Assembly: GCA_050613775.1 (NCBI GenBank)
Contig: JBODTK010000129.1
Span: forward strand, 434,001-485,030
Direction of reading: 5' to 3'
Length of the DNA stretch: 51,030 bases
DNA from: Neocallimastix sp. 'constans'
Lineage: Eukaryota
In this document: positions 1 through 9,086 of the stretch, piece by piece
Layout of the letters: each line of letters starts with the position of its first letter
Numbering within the stretch: position 1 is the first letter of the stretch
The notes under the pieces: generated by a model
Seen by the model: the letters and a program-made list of their open reading frames with translations, nothing else
What the model was told of the DNA's origin: nothing
Databases searched by the model: none
Program-made: the position numbers and the translations under genes

Positions 1-284
1 AAAAAAAACTTTTAATATAATATTTGTATCAACCCTTTCTATATTATAATAATATTAATAAAATTAATTGAATACTAAAATAATTTAAATTTGTTTTTTC
101 AAAAAATTAACAGAAAAAAAAAAAAAATTTATTTATTATTATTAAAATTTAAATTTAAATTATTTCCTTATATGGTAATTAACATATCTTTTTTTAAATA
201 AAAAAAAAAACATAAAAATTAATCATAAAAAATTAATTTATTATATTTATAAATTTATTAAAAAAAGAAATTTTAAATAAAACT

Positions 285-549
<265 letters not shown>

Positions 550-1265
550 TAATCATAAATTATAATATAATTATATATATTCATTTTATTTATTTTTTTA
601 TTATTACAAAAATTTTCATTTTTATTCATTATTAGTTATTTTTAATTTAAAATAAAAAAAAATCTCCAATTGATTTACTATAAATAATTTATGTAAATTA
701 TTACAAATAACATTTTATCAAACCAACATTTTTTATATAATATATATTATATATGATTACTAAATACTTAAATTTTTTTTTTTTAAAAAAATAAATAAAA
801 CAGCTGAATTGTTATTCTTTTAATAATAAATAATAATTTTCATAATATTAATGATATATAAATAGTATTAATATAAGAATTAAATCAATTATTTGCTTTG
901 TTTGTTTATATAATTATATTATTAAATCAACCAAGAATTTAAATATAATCTTTTTAATTATAGAAAGTTTTTATTAGTTATATTTCTAGTAAACAATTAA
1001 TAATATTATAATTATTAATAAATATATATATATATATATAAATACATTGTTTTATATAATTAAAAAAATTATATTAAACAATTATTATTATTAATATATA
1101 TTTATATCTTATTATATTTGTTTTTCAAGTTTCAGAGATAAATATATCAAATGTCAAATTTTAATATAGTATTTGAAATATACACTTAGTAAATTATATA
1201 AACTAATTATAATTTAGTTTATATAATTTAATGAAATTTATTAGTATATAAGATGACTATATAAG

Positions 1266-1305
<40 letters not shown>

Positions 1306-1458
1306 GTGGATTATTATTTATAATTATAAATTATGGATATAAATTTATTTCTTTGATATAATTATATATATTATTTTCATATTATTTAAAAAAAAAAGTA
1401 TTTAATCTCTCATTGCTAATGATGAATATAAATAACTTTACTATATTTGAATATTATT

Positions 1459-1565
1459 TGTGAAATAATAAATACATTTAATATTAAAAAATAAATAATA
1501 TGTAGTACAAATATCAATGTAAAATGTATTTATTTAGTAATTATTAATATTTTATTATAAACCAG

Positions 1566-1608
<43 letters not shown>

Positions 1609-1794
1609 TCTTTTCTATTTTTTAATTGATTTTTGAAGTTTTATATAAAAAATTTACATTGTTTAATGTAGATATATTATTTTAATATTTATTAATAAAA
1701 TTATTATTTCATAAACCCAATTGTTTAATTGAGTTTTGTACGTTCGAGTGTTTGTTTTCTTTATTTTTATATATTAATAAATTAAATTTTAACA
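1459..1794 (+). repeat. 5' LTR (336 bp)
   Basis: Starts TGTGAAATAATA and ends TTTTAACA. By eye it matches 7640-7986 except for the internal A-run (39 vs 50 A). Confidence 0.97.
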
Positions 1795-1809
1795 GATTAA
1801 GAGTCTCAT
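1795..1809 (+). promoter_or_regulatory. Primer-binding site complementary to the anticodon arm of tRNA-Lys(CUU) (half-tRNA type)
   Basis: GATTAAGAGTCTCAT abuts the LTR. Its reverse complement ATGAGACTCTTAATC is the anticodon stem-loop of eukaryotic tRNA-Lys(CUU). There is no TGG (anti-CCA) start. Confidence 0.85.
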
Positions 1810-1908
1810 TGACTCATTATAATTTTACTTCGTTGAAAAATCATTCAATTTCAATTTTTAAATAAGTAAATAAAAAAAAAAAAAAAATTAAAATATTTAA
1901 AATTCAAA

Positions 1909-2934
1909 ATGAGTAAAAATACTTTAAAACGATCAACAGAAAATGCTACTTCTAGTACCATTACTACTATGGATAACAATATTCCTCAAATCAAAAGATT
2001 TGATCCCTCTGTCCTAATAGGAAAAGTTATATATGAATTAGACAGTAATAACATCATAACCTGGCAACTATTCATGAGAGGTATCTTACAATACTATGAT
2101 CTCGAAGAATGGGTCGATATAGATCATACTCCAAAAGTTCCCATAGTTAATGGAACAGAAAGTATAAATGATTTAATTGCACCATATGAGTACAAAATGA
2201 AATATGGAGAATCAGTGACAAAAGAGGATTTAAAAACAGATGCCAGTTTAAAAAGTTTAATAAGAAGCACGTTGGGACCAAAAACACAACAAGATATTCA
2301 AGATCCATCTCTTACAGGTTATCAAATTTGGCAAACGTTACAACAAATTCATATTGGAGATGATGTAACAAGGAGAAATCAACTAATCGATGAAACTAAT
2401 GCTTTAAGATACAACCCCAAAACAAGCTTTTCAAGATTTTTAACAAAATTAAGTAAGAATATTAATATGATAGAATATATGAATGTTGTAGTTACAGATG
2501 AGGAAAAGAAATTACTATTATTTAACTCTTTACCAGAAGAATATCAAAGCGTAAATATTTTTGATCAAAAAGACTGGAAAAGCTGTAAAGAATATACATT
2601 AGGGCTTGTAGAACGACTCAAGAAAGTCGAAGAAAGGAAAAAAGGAAAGATGATAGGAATACAACATGTATTCAGCACTACGACCCAAAGCCAAGGAAAA
2701 GGAAAAGGAGTAAATCAAGACTTTAGAAGATATCCAAAAAGAAATTATGAGAAAGGTAATGGAGAAGGTAGAAAAACTAATTCTAATGTTGAATGTTTCT
2801 TTTGCCACAGATTTGGTCATTTTGAAAGAGATTGCAAGATTAAAAGGAAGATGTCACAAGAATTCGCCAAGAAACAAGGGAGGCAAGGTAAACAAAAAAC
2901 AGGCCAATATGACAATAACAGAAACAGACAATGA
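1909..2934 (+). CDS. gag: Copia Gag with CCHC zinc knuckle
   Basis: 341 aa ORF with a copia-type N-terminal motif (WQLFMRGIL...LEEWVD) and the zinc knuckle CFFCHRFGHFERDC. It lies directly after the PBS. Confidence 0.93.
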   Translation: MSKNTLKRSTENATSSTITTMDNNIPQIKRFDPSVLIGKVIYELDSNNIITWQLFMRGILQYYDLEEWVDIDHTPKVPIVNGTESINDLIAPYEYKMKYGESVTKEDLKTDASLKSLIRSTLGPKTQQDIQDPSLTGYQIWQTLQQIHIGDDVTRRNQLIDETNALRYNPKTSFSRFLTKLSKNINMIEYMNVVVTDEEKKLLLFNSLPEEYQSVNIFDQKDWKSCKEYTLGLVERLKKVEERKKGKMIGIQHVFSTTTQSQGKGKGVNQDFRRYPKRNYEKGNGEGRKTNSNVECFFCHRFGHFERDCKIKRKMSQEFAKKQGRQGKQKTGQYDNNRNRQ

Positions 2935-5467
2935 TAAATTAAATCTTAATGATTTATTTGTTCTGGATTATAACACTTCTTTTGAAAATCCATGTAGTGG
3001 CAATACAAAACAATGCAATAATGTATTTAATAATAACGTAACTAAAAATCATGTAGAATGTAGTTGGTGGACTCTAGATTCAGGTGCATCTAATCATATG
3101 ACTCAAAACAAAAATATACTAATGAATGAAGAGGAACACGTGGAAGAAATAAATTATGCAAATGGGAATACAACCAACTCAACACACATTGGAGAGATAC
3201 AAGGAAATATGAACAAAGAATTATTAAAGCTAAAGGAAGTATTATATGTTCCGGATATTAAAAGAAATTTAATTTCGATTAGTAAACTAGCAAGGGATGA
3301 ATATGTAATAGTTTTTATAAAGGAATACGATGACGTATATGCGTATATCCTAGATAAGTATTTTAATACAATTTCAAAAATTAAAGCTAGTGATAATGAT
3401 GTTTTTGAAGTATGTATTAAAAGTAGTAATATACTATGCAATAACGTCAACACTAAAGGTAATGATATTCTATGGCATCGAAGAATTGGGCACCTGACCT
3501 ATGGAAACAAAATAGATAAATGTGAGATCTGTATGCAAGCAAAAATGAAGAATGAACCATATGGTAAAGCACAAAATAATTCGAGAAAAATTCTTGAATT
3601 AGTGCATATAGATCTTGTTGGACCGGCACCACCATCAATTTATGGCAACTGTTATTTCGTGACTATTTTAGATGATTATAGTAGATATGGTTGGGTCCTT
3701 ACAGTAAAGAAGAAGTCGGAAGTATACCAAGTATTTGAAACATGGTATATCAAAATTAAAAATAAAACAAATTCAAATATAATATATTTAAGAAGTGATA
3801 ATGGAACAGAATTCACTTCAAATAATTTTAAAGAAATATGCAACAAATACGGAATCACGCAACAATTCACTGTACCAGGAAATCCTCAACAAAACGGTAG
3901 AGCAGAAAGACTAAACGGAGTGCTTATCCAAATTGCTACCGCAATGTTAATAGATAGTCAATTATGTAGAAGATTTTGGGAAGATGCTTTAAAGACAGCT
4001 AATTATGTGCATAATAGGGTGCCGCATCATGGAAATAATAACAAAATCCCATTCGAAGTATTCTACGAAAAGAAAGTTGACAATAGTAAATTACATGTAT
4101 TTGGCTGTAAAGTTTACTATTATGAAGTAAATCCAGAAAAATTTAGGAGTAATTCAAGAAAAGGAATTTTTCTGGGATATGACGAAGACTCAACAGGGTA
4201 CAGAATATTCGATATTGATAAAATGAAAATATATGTGAAACGTGTGGTAGAATTTCTTGAAGACCAGCCAGGTAACTTTAACTTTGATTATGTATCTGAA
4301 ACAAGGAGATATGAAAATGAAGAAACCGAAACGCAAGATGAAGACACATTAATGAAAAACTTAGAAGAAAGAAATTACTACAACAGAAATGACATAATTA
4401 ATATTATTCAAGAAAATAAAGAAATAGAAGAAGATCCTCAAGAAGAGAACAATGAAGAGAACAGGAGTCAAAGAGATAATAACAATGAACGAACAGTAAA
4501 AGAAGATATTGTCAATTTAGACATGCAAGATTTTCCAAATAATTCAAAAAATGATATCAGTAAAGATAAAGAAGAAGAAAATCTTTCATTAAGTCAAAAA
4601 GAAAAAGAACATCTTGAGAATAAATTTAAATTAATAGAAGAGAAACTTGAGAACATAAACACGTTGATAAAGCACGGTAATACAAAAACGAATACGCTTT
4701 CATTAGGTGAAGCAAAACAGAAAGAAAAATTAGAAGAAAGTTCAACAAGTAAACAGAACTATAACGAAGAAAACAATATTAAAAACAATATAAATATTAT
4801 TAATGAAAGGAATAAATTAATCAATAATAATAGTGAAGTTATTCTAAATAGAAATGTTAACGAAGATATTTATTTCAATAAAGGTAAGGGAGAAAGTATT
4901 AACGGCGAAAAAGTATCTATTATAAATAAAAACAAAGATAAAGGTAAAGAGATATTGGAATTAGATGACTATGATAAAGAAGAAATTACCATTATAAACA
5001 AAAATAATGAAAATGACGCGTTTAATTTAAAAGAAAACATTATAATTGAAGATAATTCAAATAAAAATATTTTAATTGAAAATAATTTAAATAAAAATTT
5101 AGTTGAAAATACTTCAAATAATAATAATTCAACTGAAAACAATTTGAGTAAAAATAATTTGAGTGAAAATAATTTGATTGAAAATAATTTGAGTGAAAAT
5201 AATTTGATTGAAAATAATTTGAGTGAAAATAATTTGATTGAAAATAATTTGAGTGAAAATAATCCCAATGAAGAGTGTTCTCATTTAGATGTAAACAAAG
5301 AAATTTTTGAAAATAACAATAAACAAATTGTTAAAAATATTATTCCAAATAATAATAATAATAATAATAATAGTAGTAATAATAATAATAATAATAATAA
5401 TAAAGAAATTAGTCAAAAAATTAATTTAGAAATTAATCCAAATAAAGTTAATGTCGAAAATCATTAA
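2747..5467 (+). CDS. pol: Copia Pol part 1: protease, pre-integrase, integrase and start of a long Asn/Glu-rich linker (+1 frame relative to gag)
   Basis: WTLDSGASNHM (aspartic protease), LWHRRIGH...CEIC (HHCC), VHIDLVGP / LRSDNGTEF / QQNGRAERLN (DDE integrase) and KGIFLGY...GYR. Ends at an isolated in-frame TAA. The ATG at 2747 is probably not the true start. Confidence 0.95.
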   Translation: MRKVMEKVEKLILMLNVSFATDLVILKEIARLKGRCHKNSPRNKGGKVNKKQANMTITETDNDKLNLNDLFVLDYNTSFENPCSGNTKQCNNVFNNNVTKNHVECSWWTLDSGASNHMTQNKNILMNEEEHVEEINYANGNTTNSTHIGEIQGNMNKELLKLKEVLYVPDIKRNLISISKLARDEYVIVFIKEYDDVYAYILDKYFNTISKIKASDNDVFEVCIKSSNILCNNVNTKGNDILWHRRIGHLTYGNKIDKCEICMQAKMKNEPYGKAQNNSRKILELVHIDLVGPAPPSIYGNCYFVTILDDYSRYGWVLTVKKKSEVYQVFETWYIKIKNKTNSNIIYLRSDNGTEFTSNNFKEICNKYGITQQFTVPGNPQQNGRAERLNGVLIQIATAMLIDSQLCRRFWEDALKTANYVHNRVPHHGNNNKIPFEVFYEKKVDNSKLHVFGCKVYYYEVNPEKFRSNSRKGIFLGYDEDSTGYRIFDIDKMKIYVKRVVEFLEDQPGNFNFDYVSETRRYENEETETQDEDTLMKNLEERNYYNRNDIINIIQENKEIEEDPQEENNEENRSQRDNNNERTVKEDIVNLDMQDFPNNSKNDISKDKEEENLSLSQKEKEHLENKFKLIEEKLENINTLIKHGNTKTNTLSLGEAKQKEKLEESSTSKQNYNEENNIKNNINIINERNKLINNNSEVILNRNVNEDIYFNKGKGESINGEKVSIINKNKDKGKEILELDDYDKEEITIINKNNENDAFNLKENIIIEDNSNKNILIENNLNKNLVENTSNNNNSTENNLSKNNLSENNLIENNLSENNLIENNLSENNLIENNLSENNPNEECSHLDVNKEIFENNNKQIVKNIIPNNNNNNNNSSNNNNNNNNKEISQKINLEINPNKVNVENH
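5135..5263 (+). repeat. 15-bp coding tandem repeat, ENNL(S/I), in the integrase-RT linker
   Basis: GAAAATAATTTGA(G/T)T repeated about 8-9 times, with alternating AGT/ATT variants. Confidence 0.92.
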
Positions 5468-7619
5468 AGCAATTCAAAATTAAAAAATAAGAATTCAAGG
5501 GAAATAAAAATAAAAACAAATAATACGAAAAATAATACAAACCTAATGAATCAAATATATCCTGAAAACAAAATAATTGAAAACAAAAATCCTGAAAATC
5601 CTGACAAAAATCCTGTAAAGTTTGATAAAAATCCTAAAAAAAATCATGTAGAAGTTATAAATAAATATAAAATTAATATAAAAAATAATTATTCAGAAAA
5701 TAATCAAAAATCTAATTTACATTTAACTTTTAAAAATAAAGACAATAAAAAATTTTCAAAAGATAAAAATTTATTAAAATCGTATAAATTAAAAAATAAT
5801 TTAATTAATTCAAAAAATAAAATTAATGAATCAAAAATGGACAATAATAAAAATTTTGAGAAGTTTAAAATAATTAATAATGATTCGCTAAATTTTAATA
5901 AAAATAAAAGTAGAGAATATGAAACAATAATGCATGAAGGAAAAAGAAAGGTTAAAAGTTTAAATAAAAATGCTAATGTAAATACAAATGTAGAGGAAAA
6001 TGTGGAAGGAATTAACGTAAGTGACTATAGAGGAGAAATACAAGAGAACAGTAATAAGAGAAAAAGGGAATGTTTAACGACAATTAACCAAATCAGAGAA
6101 CCAAATTCATATATGGAAATCTTCAAAAGAAAAGACAAAGAAAAAATGGATAAGTGCTATAGAAAACGAATTAAATAATATGAAAGAAAGGAAAGTATTT
6201 AAAAAGATTGAAAAGGTTCCTGAAGGCGCTAATATAATCGATTCCAGGTGGGTTTTCAAAATTAAAAGAGATAGTGAAGGAAAAATCGATAAATATAAAG
6301 CAAGGCTAGTAGCAAGAGGTTATACCCAGGAATATGGAGAAGATTATAAAGAAACTTTTTCACCAACACTAAAGCAGGATTCATTAAGAATAATAATATC
6401 TATTGCTGCAGAAAACAATTTTAACATTCACCAAATGGATATAAAGGCAGCTTATCTATATGCCGATTTGAAGGAAGACATTTTTATGAAGATACCTGAA
6501 GGAGATCCAAATTTTGGAAAAGGATATTTTAAGTTACAAAAGGCTTTATATGGACTAAAACAGGCTGCAAGAGAATGGAATAATAATATTAGTACTACTT
6601 TAAAACATTTGGGATTCTATGAATTAGTCAGTGAACCGTGTATTTTTATTAAGAAAAAAGATAATAAACTCGTGTGTGTTATAGGAGTATACGTAGATGA
6701 TTTATTAATTACAGGTAAAGATGATGAAATTAATAAAACAGTAAGACTAATTAAAGAAAAATACTCTGTAACTGATATTGGTAAAGCAAATTTTATTATA
6801 GGTATAAAAATAGAAAGGATTCCTAATGGTTACCTTTTACATCAAGAAAGATATTTGGAAGACATACTCGAAAAATTTGGACTAAAAGATTGTAAAGAAA
6901 TAGGAACTACCGAACCAAGTTTATCTGATAAAGAAGATGATGAAGAATTATTTGATCCAACAACGTATAGGTCCGCCGTAGGAAGTTTAATATATTTGGC
7001 TATCTGTACAAGACCAGATATTATGTTTTCTGTGAATAGAGTAGCTCAACATTGCAAAGAACCAAAGGTAAAAGATTGGAAAAACGTAATACAAATATTC
7101 AGATATTTAAAAGGAGCAAAATATTACGGTATTTTATTTAATGGAGAAAAATGTCTAAAAACGTATGTCGATTCAGATTATGCTAATGATAAAGAAACGA
7201 GAAGGTCTACGACAGGTTTTATCTATTTTATGGGTTCAGGTCCAACTAGTTGGTACTCAAAGCTTCAAAAGTGTGTAGCTACCTCCACCGCAGAAGCCGA
7301 ATATTATGGACTATGTGAATGTGCGAAACAAGCTTTATGGTATAGAAACATTTTAGGAGAAATAAAGGATCAAAGAGAATGCATAAAAATTTACATTGAC
7401 AATCAAGCAGCAATATATAACGCTGAAAATAATACAATAAACCCAAGATCAAAACACATTGACATTAAATATCATAAAATCAGAGAATTAATAAAGGAAA
7501 AAAAAGTAGAACTTGAATACATAGAATCAAAGAATAATAAAGCAGATGGTCTGACGAAATTTTTAAATAAATATAAAATGCAAAATTTTAGAAATAGTTT
7601 ATTATACAAATATAAATAA
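5468..7619 (+). pseudogene. pol: Copia Pol part 2: linker, reverse transcriptase and RNase H, interrupted by a one-base frameshift in the A-run at 6141-6146
   Basis: The frame continues past the TAA at 5465-5467. Removing one A restores EPNSYMEIF...KEKWISAIENELNNMK into the RT. Motifs: YKARLVARGY, HQMDIKAAYL, KALYGLKQA, YVDDLLI, YVDSDYA, STAEAEY, SKHIDIKYH, ADGLTK. Confidence 0.95.
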
Positions 7620-7631
7620 AAATTAATAATT

Positions 7632-7639
7632 AGGGGGAA
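7632..7639 (+). promoter_or_regulatory. Polypurine tract
   Basis: AGGGGGAA immediately before the TG of the 3' LTR. Confidence 0.9.
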
Positions 7640-7746
7640 TGTGAAATAATAAATACATTTAATATTAAAAAATAAATAATATGTAGTACAAATATCAATG
7701 TAAAATGTATTTATTTAGTAATTATTAATATTTTATTATAAACCAG

Positions 7747-7800
<54 letters not shown>

Positions 7801-7986
7801 TCTTTTCTATTTTTTAATTGATTTTTGAAGTTTTATATAAAAAATTTACATTGTTTAATGTAGATATATTATTTTAATATTTATTAATAAAATTATTATT
7901 TCATAAACCCAATTGTTTAATTGAGTTTTGTACGTTCGAGTGTTTGTTTTCTTTATTTTTATATATTAATAAATTAAATTTTAACA
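7640..7986 (+). repeat. 3' LTR (347 bp)
   Basis: Direct repeat of 1459-1794, followed by the TSD TTATT. Confidence 0.97.
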
Positions 7987-8693
7987 TTATTTAACTTTCG
8001 ATAATTATATATTAAATTTATTTATTACTTTATCTGTACTTGTTTCTTAGCTTAATGAAGATATTCAAGGGTTATAATATCTATAGATAATTTTTATTAT
8101 TTTTATTATTATTATTATTTAAACTCATAGATAAACAGATTAACCCTTTAATTATATATATATTTTTAGTTTTGTAGTAGGCATTTGAGATTTGATAATA
8201 ATTATTTATATAATCTATTATATATAATTAATATTTATTTTTAAAAAAAAGTAATATTATAAATCATATAGAAAATTGATAAGGACTTGTCATATCCAAT
8301 AAAAAATTTTTGATAAGAATTCAATTTAAATTATAATATAATTATCATTTATTGTAATATATTTATATATATTGATAACTATATATATTAATATATGATA
8401 ATCATATAAATATATATATATTAAGAAATTTATAAAATATATATATATATATGAATATTAATATAAATACAAAGTAGTTTTTCTTCAAAAAGTAAAATAT
8501 CAATCAATATTATATAATTAACAAGCATAATTCAATATAACTTTTATTTTATTTTTTTTTAAATTTTAAAAGTGTATTATTAAAAAATAAAAAATTTTTT
8601 GTGCTCTTCATTTCGTAAATTTTATAATAATTTCATTTTAAGAAATAAAAAACAACTTTAAATATTTTTAAATAAAAAAAAAAAAAAAGAAAA

Positions 8694-9086
8694 ATGTCTG
8701 CTACTACTGCTACTCGTCAATATCGTCATGCTATTCCAACCATGATGAGACTCAAAAGAGAACCTTCTTGTAAAAATATGGTTTTTAAACCACAGACACC
8801 ATTTCCAAATGCTGAAACGGTCCTTCATAAAATAAAGAGTGAAGGTAATATGAATCCTAGTGCTAAAGATCTTGCCAATGCTTTATTCAAGGAATGTAAT
8901 AAATGGTTAAAAGCGAACGGTTTTAAGGAGTTTATTCCAAGTCAAGATCTTGGATGGACTTTAAAAAATGGTATTATTTCTCGTCCAGGAGCTAAAGTAT
9001 GTTTTGATGCTAAATCCATTTCAAGACAACAATCTGCTCAAAGAGTTTTATCTGAAACTATTAAACATAATAATGCTCAAATATAA
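8694..9086 (+). CDS. Uncharacterised 130-aa basic protein, tandem paralogue 1 of 5
   Basis: Intact intronless ORF with GC well above its flanks and A-rich start context. Four paralogues with many synonymous differences lie downstream. Confidence 0.92.
   Translation: MSATTATRQYRHAIPTMMRLKREPSCKNMVFKPQTPFPNAETVLHKIKSEGNMNPSAKDLANALFKECNKWLKANGFKEFIPSQDLGWTLKNGIISRPGAKVCFDAKSISRQQSAQRVLSETIKHNNAQI

Larger units (their letters stand above)
1459..7986 (+). mobile_element. Full-length Ty1/copia LTR retrotransposon
   Basis: Two direct LTRs with TG...CA ends, 5-bp TSD TTATT (1454-1458 and 7987-7991), PBS directly after the 5' LTR, PPT directly before the 3' LTR, and the copia domain order gag-PR-IN-RT-RH. 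Confidence 0.98.

Noticed and set aside
2599..5268. Short minus-strand ORFs inside the copia
   Set aside because: They are antisense shadows of gag-pol with no recognisable motifs.
8860..8975. Resemblance of DLAxAL...WLKxNGF...PSQ..GW to phage antirepressor KilA-C or winged-helix domains, and of IPTMMRLKRE to a histone-fold helix
   Set aside because: Only a few residues match and the spacing is off. It cannot be supported without a profile or structure search.
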